64,000 nt of DNA from the NCBI GenBank assembly GCA_045863855.1, contig BTVV01000002.1, positions 64,001-128,000 of the forward strand. Reading direction: 5' to 3'. Shown piece by piece: positions 56,067-64,000 of this stretch. The notes beneath the pieces were generated by a model that saw nothing but the letters and a program-made list of their open reading frames with translations, was not told the origin of the DNA and did no database searches. Positions within the stretch are counted from its first letter, which is position 1; the number at the start of each line of letters is the position of its first letter. The translations under genes and the position numbers were made by a program. The DNA comes from Planctomycetota bacterium (lineage in GTDB: Bacteria > Planctomycetota > SZUA-567 > H5-PLA8).

Positions 56067-56999
56067 CTACTTCTTCTCGCCCACGTCCGGCTTCGGCATG
56101 GGCCGCGCATCCGGCTTCAGCAGGTCGAAAGGCGCGGTTTCCATGTCGAGCAGGAAGGTGGTGTTCTGCTTCAGCGTCTTGCGCAGCGCTTCGATTTCGC
56201 GCAAAAAGATCGCGAAGTCCTCGCTCTTCTCGAAGACGTTGTAGTACTCGGCGGCCGCGGCGTCGCCTTCGGCGCGGATCGCTTCGGCGCGCCGGTCGGC
56301 GAACGCCTGGATGATCCGAGCCTGCGATTCGGCTTCGCTGCGAATCTTGCTCGCGATCGCGTCGCCGCTGCTGCGCGCGGTGCTCGCCATCCGCTCGCGC
56401 GTCTCGCGCATGCGCGTGAAGACCGTCTTCGAAACGTCCTCGGGCAGACCCAGCCGCTTCAAGCCCACCGTCTCGACCTGGATGCCGTAGCCCTGCGCGC
56501 CCAGTTCTTCCTGCAGCCGCGTCTTGATCTTCTCTTCGACCTCCGCCAGCTTGAGCTGCTGCGGATCGGTGCTCGTCAACTCGTCGAAACGGTACCGGCT
56601 CACGATCGCGTTCGCTTCGCGCAGGCGTGCTTCAAGCTGCTTCTGGCCGTCGGTTACGTTTCCCAGCGAGCGGAAGAAGGCCAGCGGGTCGCCGATCCGC
56701 CACGCCACGTAAGCGGTCACGATCAGCGTGTGATTGTCTCGTGTCGTCATTTGCTCCAGCCGCGTCTCGTGAAGCTGCACCCGCCGGTCGAAGACGCGCA
56801 CATCCTGGATCGGATAGGGCCACTTCCAATACAGGCCCGCGCCTTCGCCGTCGGCGTTCTTCACGGCGCCGTCGCCGGCTTTACCGAAGGTCGTCACCAC
56901 CGCGGCTTCGTTGAAGCGCACGGTGAACGAGACCATGTAGAGCAGCAGAACCAGCACCACGAGGATGCCGGCGGCCATCGAATGAAGGTGCTTCGGCAT
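56067..56999 (-). CDS. HflC-like SPFH protein
   Basis: One TM, 'E.AVVTTFG', 'GLYWKWPYPIQ.V..FD.R', 'WRI.DP..F', 'LP.....VF.RM...R', 'I.AEGD..AA..Y', 'F..FLR..E'. Confidence 0.92.
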   Translation of the reverse strand: MPKHLHSMAAGILVVLVLLLYMVSFTVRFNEAAVVTTFGKAGDGAVKNADGEGAGLYWKWPYPIQDVRVFDRRVQLHETRLEQMTTRDNHTLIVTAYVAWRIGDPLAFFRSLGNVTDGQKQLEARLREANAIVSRYRFDELTSTDPQQLKLAEVEEKIKTRLQEELGAQGYGIQVETVGLKRLGLPEDVSKTVFTRMRETRERMASTARSSGDAIASKIRSEAESQARIIQAFADRRAEAIRAEGDAAAAEYYNVFEKSEDFAIFLREIEALRKTLKQNTTFLLDMETAPFDLLKPDARPMPKPDVGEKK

Positions 57000-57006
57000 G
57001 GCGGAC

Positions 57007-59049
57007 TTACTCCTTGGACTGCAAGTTCACGGGCGCCAGTTCCGCGCCCTGGTCCTTCAGGTCGAAACGAACGGTCAGATTACGGCGGTCGGCCAGGAGC
57101 AGATACTTGCGCCGCTCGGCCAGCCCGTCGGCCAGCACTTCCAGGTATCGGCGCATGCGGTACAGCCGCGGCGCGCGAGCGTAAGCGAGCAATTCGCGCT
57201 CGAAGCGCTCGGCCTTGGCGCGCTCCGCGTTTTCGCGTTCGTGCCGGTAGGCCCGGGCCTCGGCGATTCGTTTCGAAGCTTCGCCGCCGGCCGACTGTAG
57301 CAGCGTTTCGATCTTCGCTTCCTGCGCCGCCAGCGCCGCGGCATCGCTCTGATCCTGGCGCAAGGCTTCGAGCCGTTCGATCTCCGCGCCGATCGTACGA
57401 GCCAGTTCGGGTGTGCCGGCCGCGGCGGCGAGTTGTCCGATTGCTTCGCGCAGCGCGACTTCGATCCGCGCTTCGCGTTCCTGGTGCGCTTGAACTACGC
57501 GGTGGAACGCTTCGGCAACTTCCTGCGGAGGATGGATACCGGCCATGCCCACGAAAACCACGTCCAGGCCCAGCCGTTCGCGGTCGGCCTCGGCTTGCAG
57601 AAGTTCGCGCAGCTTCGGGCCCAAGGCTGCGCGTTCGGGCCCCAACCAGGTGTCTTCGTCGCCGGCCAGAAGTACGCGCGCCGTCTCGCGCTCGGCCAGC
57701 GCCACCAGCGCCGCTTCCGGATCCTTCTGATGGCGCGAGTACGCCACCAGATCTTTGATCCGGTAATTGAGGAAGACTTCCGCCGCCAGCAGCGAGACCG
57801 AAGGAGCCTTGCCGCCGCCGGTTTCGCCGTCGCCTTGCGGCATCTGAATCAGCGCCCGCGGCGGAGCGACGAGCAGCAGTTCTTCGGCTTCCGCGTGCTG
57901 ATTATTCCAAAGGATCGGAGCCTGATCGTCCATCATATGCGCGTGCGAGCCCACGACGATCTGCCGGATGCGCGTCACGTCGTACAGTTCCGCGCGTTCC
58001 ACCGGCCAGGGCCATTTGAGATGCAGTCCCGGATCCAGCGGCTCGGAGCGGGACAGTTCCCCGAAGCGCAGCACGAGCGCCTGCTGCTGCGGTTCGACTT
58101 TCACCAGACACGAGAGCAGCAACAGCGCCGCGACGGCCACGCCGGTTAGCGGCGCCAGCCAGAGCGAGAGCAACTTCCAGAACCAGCTCCGCGTCACTTC
58201 GAAGCCGAACTGATAGTTCACCGCTTCTTGCAGCGCGCTGGCCAGGCTGCCGGGACTGGTCAGCAATCCCAGCAAACGGCTGTCGAACGCCGGCCGCGGT
58301 GTCTCGCCGGGCTTGCGCGGGCGATACAGGTTCAACACCAGCCCCGCCAGCATCTCCGCGCCCAGCAGGCCCTCCAGTACGCACAGGACAAAGGGCAGGT
58401 AATGCAGCAGCGCGTAGGATTCGAAGTGGACGAATGCCAGCGCCAGCGTCACGGCCGCCGAGACCAGCGCGGTGCCCATCAGGAAGCCCGCGCCGCCGCG
58501 CAACAGGATCCACTCGGCCTGCCGGGTCATCCCTGCCACATAGCGGCCGATCAGGAAGGTCGCGAATGCGATGCCCAGCGCGAAGGCCATGGGCAGAAGA
58601 GGGCGCGTCAGCCCGTGTGCGCTTTCGGCATGCGCGCTCAGCCAAGTCTCGGCCGCGCCCATCCGCCAGATCGCTCCTGCGAGCAGGAAGATTCCGGTGC
58701 ACAGGCCCGTCAGCGGCAGCCCGATGCGGCGAAGCTGTTCCAAACGCCGCTGCGCGACGTTCAATTCGGCCGCGGTCTCGCCGAAAAGCTGCGTGTCCGG
58801 CCCGGCCGAGGCAAGGCGTTCGGCCTCCAACGCTTCCATCCGCTCGAGCCGGTGTTGGTGATAAAGGAGCAGCAAGCATAGCCACACGGGGATGCCGCCG
58901 GCCGCGTACCAAGCCGCGGGCAAAAAGACGATCGGATCGCCGGCGAACGCGATCGCCGCCAGCCCCGCCGCCGCCGCCAGTTGCGCGCCCAAACCGAGCA
59001 ACGCGCCTGCTACCGCGCGCTGGTAACTTTGCGGAGTCAGCGCGCTCAT
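57007..59049 (-). CDS. HflK-like SPFH protein with a large multi-TM N-terminal domain
   Basis: About 7 N-terminal TM, 'YRPRKPGE..RPAFDSRLL', 'EAVNYQFGFEVTRSWF', then 'LRFG..PGLHLKWPWP', 'IHPPQEVA.AF..V..A', 'AP.LY..RRYL'; GGAGG RBS. Confidence 0.88.
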   Translation of the reverse strand: MSALTPQSYQRAVAGALLGLGAQLAAAAGLAAIAFAGDPIVFLPAAWYAAGGIPVWLCLLLLYHQHRLERMEALEAERLASAGPDTQLFGETAAELNVAQRRLEQLRRIGLPLTGLCTGIFLLAGAIWRMGAAETWLSAHAESAHGLTRPLLPMAFALGIAFATFLIGRYVAGMTRQAEWILLRGGAGFLMGTALVSAAVTLALAFVHFESYALLHYLPFVLCVLEGLLGAEMLAGLVLNLYRPRKPGETPRPAFDSRLLGLLTSPGSLASALQEAVNYQFGFEVTRSWFWKLLSLWLAPLTGVAVAALLLLSCLVKVEPQQQALVLRFGELSRSEPLDPGLHLKWPWPVERAELYDVTRIRQIVVGSHAHMMDDQAPILWNNQHAEAEELLLVAPPRALIQMPQGDGETGGGKAPSVSLLAAEVFLNYRIKDLVAYSRHQKDPEAALVALAERETARVLLAGDEDTWLGPERAALGPKLRELLQAEADRERLGLDVVFVGMAGIHPPQEVAEAFHRVVQAHQEREARIEVALREAIGQLAAAAGTPELARTIGAEIERLEALRQDQSDAAALAAQEAKIETLLQSAGGEASKRIAEARAYRHERENAERAKAERFERELLAYARAPRLYRMRRYLEVLADGLAERRKYLLLADRRNLTVRFDLKDQGAELAPVNLQSKE

Positions 59050-59110
59050 GCCGCCCTCCGTCTTGCCAGAAGTGGCGCTTTCCGGGCCAACCGCGGCGCC
59101 TGCTCGCGCG

Positions 59111-59116
59111 TATAAT
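59111..59116 (+). promoter_or_regulatory. Possible -10 element of the divergent permease gene
   Basis: Perfect TATAAT about 40 nt upstream of ATG 59157; no recognisable -35. Confidence 0.35.
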
Positions 59117-59156
59117 CGGCAGCCGTTCGATTCGTCTGCGCCCACGGGATGCCGGC

Positions 59157-60131
59157 ATGCCGAGCCGACTCTGGACAATCGCCGCCAATACGTACTGCGA
59201 ATCGATCCGCCAGCCGGTCTTCGTCGTGCTGCTTTGCGGCGCCAGCCTGCTCCTGATGCTTAACATCGCCGTCTGCGGCTACGCCTTCGAGGACGACAAC
59301 AAACTGCTCCTGGACCTGGGCCTCAGCACGATCTTCCTGGGCGGACTGCTGCTCGCGGCCTTCACCGCGACGGGTGTCTTCAGCCGCGAGATCGAGAACA
59401 AGACCGTACTGACCGTGATCAGCAAGCCCGTCGGACGTCCGCTCTTCGTGGCCGGCAAGTTTCTGGGCGTCGCCGCCGCGCTGGCCACGGCGTGCTGGGT
59501 CTGGACCCTTTTGTTCATGCTTACCGTTCGCCACGGCGTCATGACCCGCGCCAACGATCCCTTCGACGAGCCCGTGCTGCTTTTCGGCCTCGGCGGTTTT
59601 GCGCTCGCGGGGTTGCTCGCCGCCTCGGCCAATTACGCGTACCGCTGGGTCTTCGCTTCCACCTTTACCGGAGCGCTGGTCGTCATCGAATCGATCGCTT
59701 ACATCCTGGTGCTCTGCCTTGGCAAAGGTTTTGTCATTCAGCCGCCCGAGACCGATTTCGATCCGCGCCTTTGGCTGGCCGCGCTGCTGGTCTTCGAGGC
59801 TCTGGCTGTGCTCTGCGCCGTAGCTATCGCCGTTTCCACGCGGTTGGGTCAGGTCATGACCCTGGCGATCTGCTCGGCGGTCTTCCTGCTGGGCTTGAGC
59901 AGCGACTTCTTGTTCCGCGCGCGCGCCGAAGAGAACGCGCTCGCCAAGATCGCCTACTCGCTCGTGCCGAATTTGAACTTCCATTGGCTGGCCGAACTGC
60001 TGCATCGCGAACACACCCACCTGGATGAACTCTGGCCCTTGCTGGGGCTTGTCAGCGCCTACAGCGCGCTCCACGTGGCCGCGATTCTGGCGCTGGCCGT
60101 GGCGTTCTTTCAGACCCGCGAGGTCGGATAG
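59157..60131 (+). CDS. ABC-2-type permease (PilI-like)
   Basis: 'IAANTYCESIRQP', 'REIENKTVLTVISKPVGRPLFVAGKFLG', 'PNL', C-terminal 'F..RE'. Confidence 0.88.
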   Translation: MPSRLWTIAANTYCESIRQPVFVVLLCGASLLLMLNIAVCGYAFEDDNKLLLDLGLSTIFLGGLLLAAFTATGVFSREIENKTVLTVISKPVGRPLFVAGKFLGVAAALATACWVWTLLFMLTVRHGVMTRANDPFDEPVLLFGLGGFALAGLLAASANYAYRWVFASTFTGALVVIESIAYILVLCLGKGFVIQPPETDFDPRLWLAALLVFEALAVLCAVAIAVSTRLGQVMTLAICSAVFLLGLSSDFLFRARAEENALAKIAYSLVPNLNFHWLAELLHREHTHLDELWPLLGLVSAYSALHVAAILALAVAFFQTREVG

Positions 60132-60187
60132 TTCCGCGCCGCCGTTCGTTCTCGTGTGCTTCAAACCATTCACGTTCGTCTGTCCAT

Positions 60188-62191
60188 TCATGCCGCATGC
60201 GCCGCGTGCACGCGCGCCGGTTCCGCCAGCGGCGCTTCCGCCGGACCGTCCAGGTCTTCGCCTTCGCGCACCAGCCGGGCGGAATTGAAGATCACGATCG
60301 CTTCCGCGCCCGCGTGCAGCAACGCCGCGAGCGCCGGCGGCAGGCCGCCCGCCGCGCTGACCGCCAGCAGCGATACGATGAACAGCCCGCCGAAGATCAA
60401 GTTCTGCCGCACCACGGTCGTGGCGCGCTTGGAGAGCCGAATGAGGAACGGAATGCGGTTGAGGTTCTCGTTCATCAGCGCGATCGAGGCCGAATGAATC
60501 GCCACGTCGCTGCCGGCCGCGCCCATGGCGATGGAAATGTGGCCGGCCGCCAGTGCCGGAGCGTCGTTCACGCCGTCGCCCACCACCGCCACTAAATGCC
60601 CGCGCTTTTTGATCCCTTCCACGATTTCCAGCTTCTCGCCGGGCAGCACTTCGGCCTTGAGGTCCGTGCAGTGCATCTCGGCCGCGACGCGCCGTGCGAC
60701 GCTGACACGGTCGCCCGTTACCATCACGAGCTGCGGGACGCCCAGCGCGCGCAGCTCGTCCAGCGCCGGAGCGGCCGACGGTCGCGTCTTGTCTTCCATG
60801 CCGATCCAGCCCAACACCCGCGCGCCGCGCGAGACATGCAGCAGGCTCAAGCCTTCGGCTTCCGCGCCGGGCGCTTCACCCAGGTCGAGGCCGCGTTCGG
60901 CCAGCCAGGTCGCGCGTCCGACGCACAAGTCTTCGCCGTCCAACACCGCCAGGACGCCGTGCCCGGAGACTTCCTCGAAGCGTTCGGGCTCCCGGATCGG
61001 TATCCGCGCGCGCTGGGCGACTTCCAGGACCGCCTTGGCCACCGGGTGCTTGCTGTGCTGTTCCGCGATCGCCGCCGCCGCCAGCAGTTCCGCCGCGTCC
61101 ACCCCCGGCGCGGGGCGCAGCTTGGTGACCGAAAGCGTTCCCGTGGTCAGCGTGCCGGTCTTGTCGAAGATGATGGCCGTCAGGTTGCGCGCGACTTCCA
61201 GATCGCTGGCCTTCTTGATCAGAATCCCCAGCCGCGCGGCGGCCGAAAGCGCCGCGACCATCGCCGTCGGCACCGCCAGGATCAGCGCGCACGGCGTCGC
61301 GATCACCAGCATCGAGATCGCACGGTTCAGATCTTTGGTGAAGAAGAGAACGATCCCCGCCAGCATCAGGACCGTCGGCGTGTACCAGCGAGCGTAGCGG
61401 TCCATCAGCCGCGCGATCGGCGTGCGCGTCCGTTCGGCCTGCAGAATGAGCTGCTGCACCTGGCCCAGCGTCGTGTCTTCGCCGGCCTTCGTGATCTTGA
61501 CCTCCAGCGTGCCGGTTAAGTTGATCGTGCCGCCGAAGACCTCCGCCCCCTGGCTCTTGTCCACGGGGATCGATTCGCCCGTGATCGTGGCTTGATTGAC
61601 CGTGCTGAACCCGGTGAGCACGACGCCGTCGCCGGGGATATTGTCGCCGGGCCGCACGCGAACTACGTCGCCGGCGCGCAAATCCTTCGCCTCGATCTCC
61701 TGCTCGCCTTCGGGTCCGACCTTGAACGCCCGCGTCGGCGTGACGCGAATCAGGCTCTCGATGGCCGCCCGCGCGCCCAGCGCCGTGCGGCTCTCGATCA
61801 GCTCGGCCAGGATCATGAAAAATGCGATCGCGCCGGCGGTGAGGTATTCGCCCATGGCGAATGCCGCGAGGAAGGCCAGCGCCACCAGCTCCGTCATGTG
61901 CGTGTGGCCGGTGCGTAGATCTTTCCAAGCGTTCGCGACGATCGGCGCGCCCAGCAAAGCCGCCGCAAGGAAGGCCAGCGCATCGGAGTAGAAATTCCGG
62001 ACCACGTGCGGCTCGGCGAAATCCGGATGGATTCCTACCGTGCCCGAGGGTTCGCCCGTCGCAGCCGCAAAGAGGTACCGCGCCGCGAGGCTCGCGACCA
62101 GCAGCACCCCGCCCAGCAACGTGACCACGATCTCCAGGCTGGCCTGCCCGGAATCGGCGGTGATCTGATCCTTCAAGTTCGAATGGGCCAT
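60188..62191 (-). CDS. P1B-type heavy-metal-translocating ATPase lacking an N-terminal metal-binding domain
   Basis: 'TGES', TM4 'ATPCAL', phosphorylation site 'DKTGT', 'SKHP', 'MVTGD', 'GDGVNDAPAL'. Confidence 0.95.
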   Translation of the reverse strand: MAHSNLKDQITADSGQASLEIVVTLLGGVLLVASLAARYLFAAATGEPSGTVGIHPDFAEPHVVRNFYSDALAFLAAALLGAPIVANAWKDLRTGHTHMTELVALAFLAAFAMGEYLTAGAIAFFMILAELIESRTALGARAAIESLIRVTPTRAFKVGPEGEQEIEAKDLRAGDVVRVRPGDNIPGDGVVLTGFSTVNQATITGESIPVDKSQGAEVFGGTINLTGTLEVKITKAGEDTTLGQVQQLILQAERTRTPIARLMDRYARWYTPTVLMLAGIVLFFTKDLNRAISMLVIATPCALILAVPTAMVAALSAAARLGILIKKASDLEVARNLTAIIFDKTGTLTTGTLSVTKLRPAPGVDAAELLAAAAIAEQHSKHPVAKAVLEVAQRARIPIREPERFEEVSGHGVLAVLDGEDLCVGRATWLAERGLDLGEAPGAEAEGLSLLHVSRGARVLGWIGMEDKTRPSAAPALDELRALGVPQLVMVTGDRVSVARRVAAEMHCTDLKAEVLPGEKLEIVEGIKKRGHLVAVVGDGVNDAPALAAGHISIAMGAAGSDVAIHSASIALMNENLNRIPFLIRLSKRATTVVRQNLIFGGLFIVSLLAVSAAGGLPPALAALLHAGAEAIVIFNSARLVREGEDLDGPAEAPLAEPARVHAAHAA

Positions 62192-62399
62192 AGGCGTTCA
62201 GTATCGTATCGGTCGAGTAAGGTCCGGCGATTACATCCTTTAAGGAAGTGTCAGGCGGCGCGCGAACGCGCATCTCCGTGTCATACGGACGCCAAGCGTC
62301 TCCTGTTCTCCTAAATCCAATCCAAGAACCAGAATAGGAGGCTTTAAGGGCTACAAGGTGGGGACCCTATTTGAAGCGATATCCATCTCAAAACGAACC

Positions 62400-62450
62400 G
62401 ACTATCCCTGTAAGAATTGTAATTACATTAGGTTATGTGAATATAGGCGC
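62400..62450. promoter_or_regulatory. AT-rich candidate operator upstream of the P1B ATPase
   Basis: Palindrome TGTAATTACA (62418-62427) followed by TTAGGTTA. Confidence 0.35.
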
Positions 62451-62451
62451 G

Positions 62452-62491
62452 CAAAAGAAAACGCCCACAGGTCTGACCGACCCGTGGGCGT
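62452..62491 (-). terminator. Rho-independent terminator of tRNA-Lys/rpmB
   Basis: ACGCCCACAGGTC-TGACC-GACCCGTGGGCGT stem followed on the minus strand by TTTTCTTTTG. Confidence 0.8.
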
Positions 62492-62517
62492 GATATTTCG
62501 AAGTACCGAGCGTGACC

Positions 62518-62805
62518 TTACTTCTTCTTGGCCGCACCCTTCTCGGCGCGAATCTCGCGCAGGATGCTTTGCTTCGGCGCCTTCGTGATCTTGCCATCGC
62601 GCAGACACTTCGTGCATACCCACACGCGGTGGACATGTCCGTTCGTCTCGACGACTTTCATCTTCTGGAGGTTCGGCTTGAACCAGCGCTTGGTCTTGCC
62701 GGTAACCTTGACGCCGACGCCGCCCTTGGCCTTCGCCAAGCCACGATGGACGTAAGACACGCCCGCGACCGGAGCCTTCTCACAGACCTGACAATGCGAC
62801 GCCAT
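62518..62805 (-). CDS. rpmB: 50S ribosomal protein L28 (four-Cys form)
   Basis: 'HCQVCEK', 'KTKRWFKPNLQ', 'VWVCTKCLR.G'; GAGG RBS. Confidence 0.97.
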   Translation of the reverse strand: MASHCQVCEKAPVAGVSYVHRGLAKAKGGVGVKVTGKTKRWFKPNLQKMKVVETNGHVHRVWVCTKCLRDGKITKAPKQSILREIRAEKGAAKKK

Positions 62806-62844
62806 CGTGACACCTCTGCTTCTCAAGCATCCTAGAGCGGCTAA

Positions 62845-62920
<76 letters not shown>

Positions 62921-62937
62921 GCAAAAAACGAGGGGTC

Positions 62938-62965
62938 ATTGTAGCGACGATCCATGAGCGCGCAA
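62938..62965 (-). promoter_or_regulatory. Sigma70-type promoter for tRNA-Lys-rpmB
   Basis: TTGCGC-N16-TACAAT on the minus strand, ending 17 nt before the tRNA. Confidence 0.65.
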
Positions 62966-63179
62966 GAGGCATTGGGCTGCTCACGCGCATTCCTCATTAA
63001 GCGCCTGGAAAAGCCTACAAGGTGCAGCACACCTGAAGGCTCAAAATCCTCTTGCGCCAAGGAACCCTGTGCCTAAAATCGTTCGGCTTGGATGGTTTCC
63101 TTGCTCGGATCGGCGGTTTTGCGCCCAAACCCTGGCAGCCACAGTTGTAACAGAACGTACTCGCGTACGGGGAGTCGCC

Positions 63180-64000
63180 ATGTCTGCGGACGTTAATGTG
63201 CTCGGCCTTGTCGATGAAATTTGCGCGCAGCCGCAACTTACGCCAGAGCTTTTGCTCAAGCTGCGCGGCGTGGCTCGGAATAATCTGGCTGAGCGCAAGG
63301 CGCTACAGCAGCGGCTTTCGGTTCTGGAAGGCGAGAGCCTCTCCGCCGAAGAGAAGGCACTGCGCAAGGCGGCGTTCACATGGATTCTCGATCGCTCCGA
63401 CCAAGGGCTCAAGGATTACCACGGCTCGCTGGCCGATCTGATCCGCGGCGAACTCGCGCTTGATCGCGGCGATCACGCGCAGGCGATCCAGCAGCTTAAG
63501 GCCGGCGCGCAGCGCCATCCCAATTCGCCCAAGATCGAGATCGAACTGGCCGCCGCGCATCTGGCGTCGAAGCAGACCGACGAAGCGCTGGCCATTCTGC
63601 AGCGCCTCGAAAGCCAGGGCCTCAAGGACGCCGACTTGTTCTTCCAGAAGGGGCATGCGATCGAGATGCAGGGGCGGCAGGAAGCCGCGTGCAGCGCGTA
63701 CGAGCAGGCGCTGGCCGTGGACGCTCAGCATGCCGACGCCGCTTTCCGTCTCGCGTACTACCTCGATTTGCGCGGCGAAGACAAGAAGGCCATCGAACTT
63801 TATAAGCGCGTCACCGGGCAAGGTCCGTCTTTCGTCAACGCGATGGTCAATCTGGCGTTGCTGCTGGAAGATCAGGAAGACATGGACGGCGCGATCCATT
63901 GCCTGAAGGAAGCGATGCGCGTCGATCCGCAGAACCGCCGCGCGGCGATGTACTTGCGCGACTGCATCGAATCGCTGGACATGTACTACGACGAAAACGA
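63180..64000 (+). CDS. TPR protein (partial, runs off the window); resembles planctomycete TPR + RNA polymerase alpha-CTD proteins
   Basis: Not in the ORF track because it has no stop. GGAG RBS, open frame MSADVNVLGL...; TPRs 'AYEQALAVDAQHADAAFRLAYYLDLRGED..AI.LY', 'NLALLLED', 'PQNRRAAMYLRDCIESLDMYYDE'. Confidence 0.8.
   Translation, partial: MSADVNVLGLVDEICAQPQLTPELLLKLRGVARNNLAERKALQQRLSVLEGESLSAEEKALRKAAFTWILDRSDQGLKDYHGSLADLIRGELALDRGDHAQAIQQLKAGAQRHPNSPKIEIELAAAHLASKQTDEALAILQRLESQGLKDADLFFQKGHAIEMQGRQEAACSAYEQALAVDAQHADAAFRLAYYLDLRGEDKKAIELYKRVTGQGPSFVNAMVNLALLLEDQEDMDGAIHCLKEAMRVDPQNRRAAMYLRDCIESLDMYYDEN

Noticed and set aside
62358..62636. Short ORFs around rpmB (62358..62588, 62423..62623, 62433..62636)
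   Set aside because: They overlap rpmB and its terminator; no RBS or recognisable motifs.

Overview
High-GC bacterial chromosome segment, most likely from a Planctomycetota (PVC) genome. This is inferred from the L28 with a 'KAKGGVG' insertion, the TPR protein ending 'DCIESLDMYYDE', the multiple PhyH/AraC/DUF6785-type genes and the intergenic heptamer arrays. About 50 genes can be called. Housekeeping genes are tex, fumC, carA, amrS, rpmB and tRNA-Lys(CTT). Regulator-linked catabolic modules include AraC + sugar epimerase, AraC-PhyH-PhyH-AraC-MDR, and GntR + giant secreted propeller/CBM-like protein + SGNH and serine hydrolases. There are also three tandem paralogous ~710-aa polytopic membrane proteins. 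The most interesting region is 45.3-62.2 kb. It encodes an FtsH-less SPFH trio: an HflK-like protein with a large multi-TM N-terminus, an HflC-like protein, and an HflK-like protein with a 19-His N-terminus. Linked to it are a P1B ATPase lacking its own metal-binding domain, a PilG/H/I-like ABC module with two permeases, two GT-C glycosyltransferases and a radical SAM enzyme. I saw no CRISPR array, integrase or transposase. All family names come from motif recognition by eye, not database searches. Several start codons were moved from the ORF track to the more plausible ATG/GTG.
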